A stretch of DNA of 20,405 nt from a virus (lineage: Duplodnaviria > Heunggongvirae > Uroviricota > Caudoviricetes). The stretch lies in the IMG/VR virus record IMGVR_UViG_3300029544_000210, positions 1 to 20,405 of that record, one strand, 5' to 3'. The position numbers and the translations under genes are program-made. Positions within the stretch are counted from its first letter, which is position 1, and the number at the start of each line of letters is the position of its first letter. Under the pieces are notes generated by a model, which worked only from the letters and a program-made list of their open reading frames with translations, was not told the origin of the DNA and made no database searches. Positions 7,767-16,800 of this stretch are shown one piece after another.

Positions 7767-9707
7767 TTATCTAATCATAGATAAGAACTGTTTTTCTGAT
7801 ATAATTGGAATATTAAGCGATTTTGCTTTTTGATTTTTAGATGATGTAGAATTAACATCATTATTAATAAGGTAAGAAGTCTTTGCAGATATAGATCCTG
7901 ATACCTTGCCACCATATGTTTCTATTTTATTTTTAAGTTCATCTCTATTAGAGAAATGATTGAGTGAACCTGTTATTACAAATGTAAGTCCAAATAAATC
8001 TTTATAGTCATCTGTTTTAACAATTGGTGTTGGCTTTTCAAATGTAAGTCTTGTACATAATTGATGTACTTTATCTCTATTTTTCTTCCAATAATTATTA
8101 AAAGAAGTTATCATTGTGTCACCAATACCATCAATATTGCTAAAATAACTAGCACCATACTGGTTAATAACTGTCATAAATGTTCTTATATCATTATCAC
8201 AAGCATTTGATATCTGTTTACTTGTTGTTTTGCCAATAAGAGGAATTGAAAGAGAATTTATAAAACGACTTAAAGTTGTATGTGCAGATTCTTTTATAGC
8301 ATCAAGTATTTTAAGAACTGACTTAGCACCAAAACCTTCACACTTAATCCATATATCGTAATACTGGTCAAGATTGTATAAGTCAATATATCTTTTAACC
8401 CAGCCTTTATTTATGAGAAATTTAAGTGTAGCTTCTGATAAACCATCTATATTCATAGCTTCTTTTGAACAATAATGTGCAAGTTTTCCTAAGAGTTTGC
8501 CCTGACAATCAGGATTATCACACATAAGCACTTCTGAATCATTATCTTTTACTATTTTAGTTGTACCGCCACAAATAGGACAGAATATAGGAATTTCATA
8601 AGTATTACTTTTAGTAAGATTTTCTTTTATCTGAGGAATTATCTGATTGGCTTTTATGACAGTTATTTCATCGCCAATACCCAACTCTAACTCTTTTAAA
8701 ATTGATACATTATGAAGCGAAGCTCTCTCCACTTGAGTCCCGTCAATTTCTATCGAATCGAAAATCGCAATAGGCGTTAAACTGCCCATCTTCCCCATAC
8801 TCCACTCTATATCTTTTAATGTAGATACGGATTCTTCATCATAAAACTTAAAAGCAAGTGAATGTTTAGGGTGATGTCCAGTCATTCCAAGTGATTTACC
8901 ATATTCTACATTATTATAAGAAATAACTAATCCATCTATAGGATATAATTTTTCATTTGCAATAGCTTTTAACTGTTCAATTTTTTCATTTATATCATCT
9001 GTATTACTATTGTATGTAACATATGGAACTACTTCAAAGCCATAATATTCTGCAATTCTAAATCCTTCAGTGTATGTTTTAAGACCGAATGGAACTTTCC
9101 ATGCAACAAAATGTACATGTCTATCCTTTGCAATTTTACTGTCAAGCTGTCTAACTGAACCAGAAGCTAAATTCCTGCAAGTCTTATATTCTCCATTAGT
9201 GTTTATATGTTCAAAATCATTTTTAGTGATAATTGCTTCACCCTCAATTTCAAACTTTTTATCAAATGGAATATTAATAGGAAAGTTATCAAACACTTTA
9301 GCATTGTGAGTGATAACTTCACCTACCTCACCATTTCCTCTTGTTTCACTCTTTTGTAATTTACCATTTTCATATGTGTTTAGAACAGTAAGACCATCCA
9401 TCTTTAGTGAGATTACACAATCCTTACCACTAGAGAATTTTATTAAATCATCCACTGATTTAGTTTTGCCTAATGATAACATTGGATGAGAATGTGTCGT
9501 TTTTTCAAGATTTGATACAACGTCATATCCCACATTTTGTGTAGGACTATTGGATAAAACAATTCCAGTTTCTTCTTCCCACTTCTTTAATTCGTCAAAC
9601 TTACAATCGAACTCATAGTCTGACATAATCGGCTTATTACCATTATAGTAAGCTTCTGATGCAGCATTAAGCTCTTTGACTCTTTTTACTATGTCAATTT
9701 TCTCCAT
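7767..9707 (-). CDS. ligA: NAD+-dependent DNA ligase
   Basis: MSDYEFD, HPMLSL, KMDG adenylation motif, TRGNGEVGE, RASLHN, CPIC..C..C Zn finger, HhH repeats and C-terminal BRCT. ATG at 9707 follows GAGGAG. Confidence 0.96.
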   Translation of the reverse strand: MEKIDIVKRVKELNAASEAYYNGNKPIMSDYEFDCKFDELKKWEEETGIVLSNSPTQNVGYDVVSNLEKTTHSHPMLSLGKTKSVDDLIKFSSGKDCVISLKMDGLTVLNTYENGKLQKSETRGNGEVGEVITHNAKVFDNFPINIPFDKKFEIEGEAIITKNDFEHINTNGEYKTCRNLASGSVRQLDSKIAKDRHVHFVAWKVPFGLKTYTEGFRIAEYYGFEVVPYVTYNSNTDDINEKIEQLKAIANEKLYPIDGLVISYNNVEYGKSLGMTGHHPKHSLAFKFYDEESVSTLKDIEWSMGKMGSLTPIAIFDSIEIDGTQVERASLHNVSILKELELGIGDEITVIKANQIIPQIKENLTKSNTYEIPIFCPICGGTTKIVKDNDSEVLMCDNPDCQGKLLGKLAHYCSKEAMNIDGLSEATLKFLINKGWVKRYIDLYNLDQYYDIWIKCEGFGAKSVLKILDAIKESAHTTLSRFINSLSIPLIGKTTSKQISNACDNDIRTFMTVINQYGASYFSNIDGIGDTMITSFNNYWKKNRDKVHQLCTRLTFEKPTPIVKTDDYKDLFGLTFVITGSLNHFSNRDELKNKIETYGGKVSGSISAKTSYLINNDVNSTSSKNQKAKSLNIPIISEKQFLSMIR

Positions 9708-9909
9708 TAGAATTCTCCTCTCCACAAAATTCTCTTAAATATGTAAGCATTTGTGACTCTTCTGGAAAGAATAAATCCATTTTCTTTTCAGAAGCCAACC
9801 ATCCAAAAAAGTTACTGCATAATTGCCCAAATCTCCAATCTGGGAATGACTTTTTATGTATCTCACATAACTGCGAGTAAAAATCATCTAATCTATCTGG
9901 ATTTCTCAT
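9694..9909 (-). CDS. Conserved-looking phage hypothetical protein (MRNPDR...PDWRFGQL)
   Basis: AAGGAG SD before the ATG at 9909. The PDWRFGQL motif is typical of a small phage protein family. Confidence 0.7.
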   Translation of the reverse strand: MRNPDRLDDFYSQLCEIHKKSFPDWRFGQLCSNFFGWLASEKKMDLFFPEESQMLTYLREFCGEENSNGEN

Positions 9910-9910
9910 A

Positions 9911-10594
9911 TTATATATTCTCCTTCTTCGGTCTTCTGCCACATGACTTAGTTTCAGTACAATAACCTACTTCGTCACATTTTGCGTGGAAAAGATTATC
10001 TACAATCCACTTCCATTCATCTGAATATTCTCTTAAAGCATTGCAAATGTCTTTGAATAATTCTCTATACTCCCAATAAGCACGACTGCACATTCTAACT
10101 CTACTCATTTCAATAAGACTTCTGAGATTACGTTTATCTACCATTTTTGTACAATAAGCTAACGGGAGTAACATTGTTGCATCTTCGACTGGTACTCCGT
10201 TATTAATGAGATGCTGAATATTAGTGTTAATATAACTCATAACACTATGCCATGTTGCAGCAACATCTTCATCGTTACTAATTGATTGTGGTGTTACATA
10301 ACCAAAACCTTCTCCTTTAGAATAATCAATATATCTTGTACTTGCCTGTAATCTGCTTGCTCCAACTATATGAGTGTAATATTCACGGATTGTTTTTGCC
10401 GAATATCCATCTATAATCATTTCAACATTAACATATTCCATCACACGCCCATGTCCTGATTTTATACAATCAAGTCCACGCTTATAATTCTTTTCATCAT
10501 CAGAAACATTTGCATTCCAACAACATCCTGCTCTTGCACCCATTAATGTAATTGGATTTTTAGTTGTTTCTGGTAAAATTGTAATTGTTCCCAT
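9911..10594 (-). CDS. thyX: Flavin-dependent thymidylate synthase (divergent motif)
   Basis: SGHGRVMEY, QASTRY, GVPVEDATMLLP, NLRSL, RMCSRAYWEYR motifs. AGGAGG SD. Confidence 0.88.
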   Translation of the reverse strand: MGTITILPETTKNPITLMGARAGCCWNANVSDDEKNYKRGLDCIKSGHGRVMEYVNVEMIIDGYSAKTIREYYTHIVGASRLQASTRYIDYSKGEGFGYVTPQSISNDEDVAATWHSVMSYINTNIQHLINNGVPVEDATMLLPLAYCTKMVDKRNLRSLIEMSRVRMCSRAYWEYRELFKDICNALREYSDEWKWIVDNLFHAKCDEVGYCTETKSCGRRPKKENI

Positions 10595-10603
10595 TTAATC
10601 CTC

Positions 10604-10807
10604 CTATAAAAATTCTTTATAAATAAACACTGCCATGAATATTAGTAATAATATAATTGACAATAACGTTGCTATAACTTCTCCAATTAATAAGCCGATG
10701 ACGTAAATAATTCCTCTAACAGCAATACAAACCGTTGTCGCTACCAGAAACCATAGCAATGTAAACATTATTGCTTTTAATATTTTCTTTATTTTAATCA
10801 CCACCAT
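10604..10807 (-). CDS. Small two-TM membrane protein
   Basis: Two hydrophobic stretches; the start codon is uncertain. Confidence 0.55.
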   Translation of the reverse strand: MVVIKIKKILKAIMFTLLWFLVATTVCIAVRGIIYVIGLLIGEVIATLLSIILLLIFMAVFIYKEFL

Positions 10808-10836
10808 TGCAAAGAAATAATGGTTTCCTGCTACTT

Positions 10837-11457
10837 TTAATCATCATCTTTACTGCTTCCTAACAGTCTTAAAAACAAATTGATGATATCAAGATATAAA
10901 GCAACTGCACTATCTATAGCATTATCTAAAGTTTTTGCATTATTTTGTGCTTCTGCCCAATCATATCCAATATATCCGCAGAATAACAATGCGACAATCC
11001 AATCCCACCATTTAGGTACATTACCAAATAAAATCATAATAAATTCAATTACTATAACTGCTGATAAACAAATAAATAATGTTTTTCCCATTGATAGAAA
11101 TATTTCTGGTTTAATACTTGATACAATGATAAGCACAATGGTAATCAAAGTAGTCAAAATAAAAGCTTGTACAATGGATGACATATAATAATCCTTTAAG
11201 CAAATACTTAAAACTACACCAACTGGCAATACAACTAAGTTATATCCTATAAAACTCACAATTGGGTTGTCTGAAAACTCACTCATACCAATACCTGCTA
11301 ATGCAACTACAAAGTAGCCAATTAATACCATTGTTGGATTTAAGTTGCAAAATGTGTCTTGAAAAAATACACACATTATTGTATTCACTAAAAATCCCCA
11401 AAGTAAGATAATACCAATGGCAATGTTATACTGTTTGTCTGTTAATTTGTTATACAT
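10837..11457 (-). CDS. Bax inhibitor-1 / YccA family membrane protein
   Basis: About 7 TM segments; GYIGYD and AVALYLDIINLFLRLL C-terminal signature. Confidence 0.88.
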   Translation of the reverse strand: MYNKLTDKQYNIAIGIILLWGFLVNTIMCVFFQDTFCNLNPTMVLIGYFVVALAGIGMSEFSDNPIVSFIGYNLVVLPVGVVLSICLKDYYMSSIVQAFILTTLITIVLIIVSSIKPEIFLSMGKTLFICLSAVIVIEFIMILFGNVPKWWDWIVALLFCGYIGYDWAEAQNNAKTLDNAIDSAVALYLDIINLFLRLLGSSKDDD

Positions 11458-11470
11458 TATGTTATTCTCC

Positions 11471-11794
11471 TTATCTTCTACATCTCACACTTCCACCAGC
11501 ATCTATATCACCTAATACGTTACCACAAGTTACAGAGCCACCTGCATCTATATCTCCTTTGACATCTCCACTGACTTCACAACTACCACCGCAATCAATA
11601 CTTCCTGAATTGCCATGAACTTCTACTGATCCACCACAATCAATTTTGTTGACATCTCCTTCGATGACGACTTTAATATCACCACTATTACACTCTTGAA
11701 TTGTTTTACCATCTACAATAACCTTTCCATTGTTGATGACAACATTAGCTCCTGAACATGTGATTGTTTTACCATTAATAGTTATTCTGTTCAT
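11471..11794 (-). CDS. Beta-helix repeat protein (bactofilin/DUF4097-like)
   Basis: Four ~15-aa ID[C/A]GGS repeats. AAGGAGG SD before the ATG at 11794. Confidence 0.65.
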   Translation of the reverse strand: MNRITINGKTITCSGANVVINNGKVIVDGKTIQECNSGDIKVVIEGDVNKIDCGGSVEVHGNSGSIDCGGSCEVSGDVKGDIDAGGSVTCGNVLGDIDAGGSVRCRR

Positions 11795-11836
11795 TTTTGC
11801 CTCCTTAATTTTCACAAGAAACTATCGCTTTTTAAC

Positions 11837-11998
11837 CTATCTCTCATCAACCAATTCTTCTAACACTCCACCAACTTCAGCAACAATAATTCCTACTGCT
11901 AATGGAATAATCGAACCGTTCACTAATGTTACAATTCCACCAATTACTCTGATTGCTGATTTTCCTAAACTAATAAATAAATGTCCTTTACTGTTCAT
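11837..11998 (-). CDS. Small membrane protein (53 aa)
   Basis: GGAGG-N9-ATG; MNSKGHLFISLGKSAIRVIGGIVTLVNGSIIPLAVGIIVAEVGGVLEELVDER. Below the ORF-track cutoff. Confidence 0.75.
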   Translation of the reverse strand: MNSKGHLFISLGKSAIRVIGGIVTLVNGSIIPLAVGIIVAEVGGVLEELVDER

Positions 11999-12524
11999 TT
12001 CTAATTTCCTCCATAACTTCTTCCACTATGTATTCACAATTTGATTCTGTAGAAGCAATCTCTTCATATTTAATATTGTACTGATTTAACTTATCAATAA
12101 TTTCTTTTCTCACTTCTTTTGCTTCGTCTTCATTCTGGAATCTTCCTTCGTTTTCATAAGAATGGTGTCTTGTGAGTAAATAATTTCTATTATTATATGA
12201 ATTGAATACATTTAACACAGTCTTGTTAAAATCTTCTCCTAATACTTCATCTCTGTTATATATAGCACCTAAGATTAATGGGGAATCAACTACTATTACT
12301 TGTACTTTTCCTTTGACTCTTCCCATCTTGAATGACTGTTTACCAAAAAGATATTCTTGGTGTTTAAATACCTCATCATTATTTTCATAGACTTTATCTT
12401 TGGCAAATTCTGAAACATATTCAGCATTAATTCCGTTTCTTTTTAATCTTGCTGCAATATCCATAGCACAGGTGCTTTTACCTACCGATGGTTCGCCAAA
12501 CAAATTTACAACAATTGTGTTCAT
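11988..12524 (-). CDS. P-loop NTPase/kinase, NadR/AAA_28-like
   Basis: NLFGEPSVGKST Walker A, EYVSEFAK, VDSPL and EGRFQ motifs. AAGGAAGG SD before the ATG at 12524. Confidence 0.8.
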   Translation of the reverse strand: MNTIVVNLFGEPSVGKSTCAMDIAARLKRNGINAEYVSEFAKDKVYENNDEVFKHQEYLFGKQSFKMGRVKGKVQVIVVDSPLILGAIYNRDEVLGEDFNKTVLNVFNSYNNRNYLLTRHHSYENEGRFQNEDEAKEVRKEIIDKLNQYNIKYEEIASTESNCEYIVEEVMEEIRNEQ

Positions 12525-12570
12525 AATTTCCTTCCTTTCTTCCAAAGAAACTGTCGTTATATTTAATAAT

Positions 12571-12757
12571 ATGTGGGTAGGGATTTTCACCCTACATATA
12601 CATTACTGTACAAACAGAGGTATTATTAACGTGACCGCCATGGGAAAAGAACTTCCGTACTCTTGGTTAACAGCCAAGCGCATTGTTCAGTCGTACACTT
12701 AAGTACATTTCTCGCTACATAACGGATATTTCGTGTCTACATATTCCACCACCACAT
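12571..12757 (-). ncRNA. tRNA-shaped structured RNA with nested degenerate tRNA-Asn(GTT)
   Basis: Outer shell: ATGTGG/CCACAT acceptor-like stem, GTGGAATATGTAGACAC D-arm-like, GTAGGG-TGAAAAT-CCCTAC T-arm-like. Inner (12635-12725): CCGTTATG/CATGGCGG stem, CTTGG-CTGTTAA-CCAAG anticodon arm, GGAAG-TTCT-TTTCC short T arm. Confidence 0.7.
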
Positions 12758-12778
12758 TTATTTATTCTCTTTTTTAAT

Positions 12779-12796
12779 ATGAAGCAGAAGCTTCAT
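12779..12796. other. Hairpin ATGAAGC-N4-GCTTCAT just upstream of the tRNA-like RNA
   Basis: Perfect 7-bp inverted repeat; no downstream U tract on either strand. Confidence 0.4.
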
Positions 12797-12815
12797 CTAA
12801 GTTGTTATTATTTTT

Positions 12816-13157
12816 TCACTTAATTTCTTTCTTTGTCTTATTTAATAGTTTCTTTAAATACCATTTTTGTAATTTTGAAAATTTAATATCATCATACATT
12901 TCTTCAAAAAGTCCAACACCATCTCTTTCGAGCATTCTTCTATAAGACCATATTTTATCTTCTTTGGCAGTATTTTTATTGTTTTTAAAATCATCACGCA
13001 TAACAACTCCATCTTCACGAGTAATTTTTACTCTTGAATTTGGACAACTCATACAGTCATCTACATAACATAATCCGAATGGATTGTACTTGGCACATTC
13101 TTTTTGATCACAAACTTTAATCAGAAGTTTATATTTAGTAATCGCTCTATTGTCCAT
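12816..13157 (-). CDS. Cys-rich hypothetical protein
   Basis: CDQKEC...C..DDCMSC cluster. AAGAGG SD before the ATG at 13157. Confidence 0.7.
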   Translation of the reverse strand: MDNRAITKYKLLIKVCDQKECAKYNPFGLCYVDDCMSCPNSRVKITREDGVVMRDDFKNNKNTAKEDKIWSYRRMLERDGVGLFEEMYDDIKFSKLQKWYLKKLLNKTKKEIK

Positions 13158-13209
13158 CAACTTCAACCTCTTAACATTATGATTATTTTGTCATTTTTAC
13201 GAATCAAAA

Positions 13210-13266
13210 GAAAGAACGGTTTCAAAGGATTTTTCAACCTCGGAAACCCTTATAAATCAAGGGTTT
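13210..13266. repeat. Composite element copy B: GAAA-N6-TTTC core + 20-bp spacer + 23-bp palindrome
   Basis: GAAA GAACGG TTTC (13210-13223), then 20 nt, then AAACCCTT-ATAAATC-AAGGGTTT (13244-13266). Intergenic. Confidence 0.7.
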
Positions 13267-13343
13267 TGAGAATCGAGTTTTCCAATTTTGCGTTTAATCC
13301 TCTAAATCTATCATTAATATTACCTCCTATTATATTATTCTCT

Positions 13344-13877
13344 CTATCGAAGGTAATTCTTTAAGAAATATTCAAAGTATTCACGAATGAATAAACCCGA
13401 ATATTGGTTATTTGGCATAAACATAACTGGAATATTATACTTGAACCAAAAACTATGAATAGATGCTATAAAAGATTTCCGATTATACTTTGTATCATAA
13501 TTGCCTGTGGCAATGTCTTCATAAGAAGCATTTTCGATTAACAATACTTTAGTCTTTGGTGCAAGACATAATTCTTTCTCAAATCTGTCACGCTCTTTTG
13601 TCAAATTATTACTAATTTCTTCGAGACTTGCTTTTCGTTCAATTACGCAAGTGGTATTAAAATACAAATCACGAGGTATTGATAATTTCTCGTTAGCAGG
13701 AATCATAAAACTATAATCACCATAGTCAAGTGCTTTCTTCTTATAAGAAATTTCTTTTCTATCAAAATAATCTGTAATGTGAGAGTTTACTTTCTCACGA
13801 GTATCTATAAGGATTACGATGGAAGATATTAACTCTTCCATCTCCTTATCTGTGTATTTATACTTGCTAAATATCGT
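13344..13877 (-). CDS. ERCC4/XPF-Mus81-type nuclease domain protein, probable ACG start
   Basis: IDTRE, LDYGDYS, IERK and RFEKEL motifs. Start context is GAGGAGG-ACGAAG-ACG ATA TTT. Confidence 0.85.
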   Translation of the reverse strand, partial: TIFSKYKYTDKEMEELISSIVILIDTREKVNSHITDYFDRKEISYKKKALDYGDYSFMIPANEKLSIPRDLYFNTTCVIERKASLEEISNNLTKERDRFEKELCLAPKTKVLLIENASYEDIATGNYDTKYNRKSFIASIHSFWFKYNIPVMFMPNNQYSGLFIREYFEYFLKNYLR

Positions 13878-16800
13878 CTTCGTCCTCCTCAATATCATTC
13901 TTAATTGCAAATTTACTCAACCAAAACTCGAATTTATCAGGAACTTCCTTATAAATCTTCTTTCCTGTTTGTGGATTTATTTCACCTGTTGGCTCTTTTT
14001 TATTTTTCTTTTCAAGGGAAATTATGTAAAGGACAGAACCCAAATCGAAGGGGTTACGATTATACTGACTTGTCCACATTTTTACATCTCTTGTTTTCCC
14101 ACTATAAATTTCAAACAAGTGAACATTTACTATGGATTTTTTGATATCCAATTCAGATACATAATACAAACGTTTGCTTACTTTTGAATCTGAATCACTT
14201 ACAATTCCAAGAACTTCTCGTTGGTTGTCTAATCTTTCTTTTAATGTCAATTCTCTATATGGAATTTTTGAAATTAGCTCATTAATAATTTTGTTAGAAT
14301 CAAGTTTATTAAACTGCTTTGCAGTCTCATTCCCATATTTTTCAAGAACATCAAATGGCAAGTTATTCTTTTCAGCTTTATCTTTTGCAATTTGCTTTGC
14401 TCCATTGAGAAGATCATAATATCGTGTAATTTCAAGTAGAGTATTTACATCTCCATATTTCTTAAAATAATTAATCCTAATGAGCTTATTAACAATGGTT
14501 TTATTGATTGAATTAGAAAACAATGCAGTCAAAACGCCTGTAAAAGTTTCATATTCCTTTTGTCCTAATTCATATAAAGTATCAACTACACCTTCACCAA
14601 AACCTTTGACACTGGATAGATTAGGATATATTAGTTTATTCTCTTCGCTGATTGTAACCCTTCGATTATCTGCACCAAATTCATAATCACCTAATTTATA
14701 TCCCCAAAATTTAATAGCTTCTTTTACAAGAGCATCAATTTTATCCTTTTTATTTTTCTCTTGATAATGGTTAATAGCCACTTCGTAAAATGTTTTTGTG
14801 TGATGTGCTTTGAACCAAGCTTGATAAGCAGAGTCCCCTCCCATTGAATAAGCATGTGGAGAATTGAAGGCGTATCTCGCAGAATCCTCAATTACATTCC
14901 ACACATTCTTGAAATTATCTGTATTGCCAAATTCATCATTCCATGAGTGATTTAACTCAGAAAGTAAATGTTCTTTCTTCTCGCCCTTTAATTTCTTTTT
15001 GGAAATAGATTTAATGACACCATATGTTTCACCCATTTGTAATTGCAGGAATGAAAGAACTTTCATAATAGATTCCTGATAAATCATAAAGTGGGCAGTG
15101 TCGGATAACAAGTCATCAATCTTTTTTTCACCTGTTGTATATGGTTCACGATTTAAGAATGTACTAAGTAATGAGGCAAAACCAGGTCTAATTGCTGCAA
15201 TAAAACTACTTAATTCAGCCAAATTCTGTGGCTTATATTTTTTTACACGATTAGTTGTGGCTTCTTTTTCACATTGATTAACACAACAAGTTATACCATT
15301 CGCATAAATATCCCATGTCTTTTTATCATTATCTATCATATGTCTTAGTTCATCAAATGTAGGAACTTCCATACCGATACTATGAAAGAATTTATATGTA
15401 AGATAAACACTATCTACAATAAGAAAATCCTCTTTGACATATCCAAATTCATCAAGATAACCACCCTCGATAGCTGCACATACTGTTCTTTTACCAGTTG
15501 ATCCAGACACAGCACTTATCAGCCCTACTTCTCTTCGTATATCACCATCAAAAATAAAATGTCCACAAGCATGTACTTTTAAGTTAATAGTAATGCCTTG
15601 ATATTCATTGCTCTGTTTAAATAAAGAGATGTATTCTTCTGGTATGTAATCTTCAACATGGATATCTTCTTTTTCATCATCATCTGCGTATTTTAAGGCT
15701 TTGTTATATTCATCAAGATATTTTGAAATCTGATTGGCATCTTCAGGTTTAACATCATTTGCACCTGCGTATAACTGCCATGCTGCTTTTTCTTTTAATT
15801 TTTCTATTGCCATCAAAGGATAACAACCATGTTCACCAAGTAATTTCCTTGCTGCTTTAACAAATGGTTCTTGTGTGGCAACATTTAGGTCGATATCTGG
15901 CATCTGACCTGCTAATACACGTTCCTTAGTTAAAAATCTTTCAGGATAAATTGGAATATCAGCATTGAATCTATCAACGGTTGTTAATCCTAAAAGCTTA
16001 TTTGTAATGAATGAAGCCGCACTACCTCTTGATGTAGTTGTTAAAATACCACCTTCATTTTGGATTGCATCATCTACAATAGCTTTACTTGTCAAGAAAT
16101 AATCAACAACCCCAGCTTCCATAACTTGTTTTGCTTCATATCTAATTCCATTTGCTTTTTCTTTAGACTTTTCCTTTTCTTTGGCATATGCTTTATTCAA
16201 AGTATCTTTGTAGATTTTACATTTTTCTTTATATGTTTTATTCTTATAAACACTAGGAATCTTAAATTTTCTATCAAGAACAATTTCTTCACACTCAGAT
16301 ATAAAAACATTCGTATTCATAATTGCCCTATATATTTCTTCCCTATTCAAGACTCCTTGTTTTTCAAATCTTTTTATAACAGTTTTAGTATCTGGATAAT
16401 CAAGATACCATCCTTCCTCGTCAGGATAATTAATATTCTTATATTTAAGAATCTGATCACGCTTGATTGAATTCTCATCTTTTACATAATGACTATCAAG
16501 ACCACAAATAATCTGGATATTATGCTCTTTTGCAATTCTTAATATCTTTTTATTCAATTCCTTTTGTTTGTCTGTATTATGATACTGCACTTCTAAAAAG
16601 AAATTGTCACCAAAATATTTATGTACTTTTAACCATATATCTTCTGCATCCTCATAATTCCATCCAGCAACACAAGCAGATGTTACAATTACATTATCTT
16701 TGGGAATATTAAATAGTAATTCCAAATCAATACGTGGCTTATAATAATATCCGTCTATATTAGCCATTGATAGAGCAAAATTAATATCTCCACGACCTTC

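Noticed and set aside
12525..12590. N-terminal extension of the kinase ORF from GTG 12590
   Set aside because: It overlaps the T arm of the tRNA-like RNA, and a good SD supports the ATG at 12524.
12635..12725. Calling a canonical functional tRNA-Asn
   Set aside because: The T loop is shortened, the D region is enlarged and there is no CCA, so it is reported as part of the ncRNA instead.
12571..12757. tmRNA or group I intron-containing tRNA
   Set aside because: Too short; no tag ORF, no Ala acceptor signature and no recognisable intron core.
12779..12796. Rho-independent terminator
   Set aside because: The hairpin lacks a downstream U tract on either strand.
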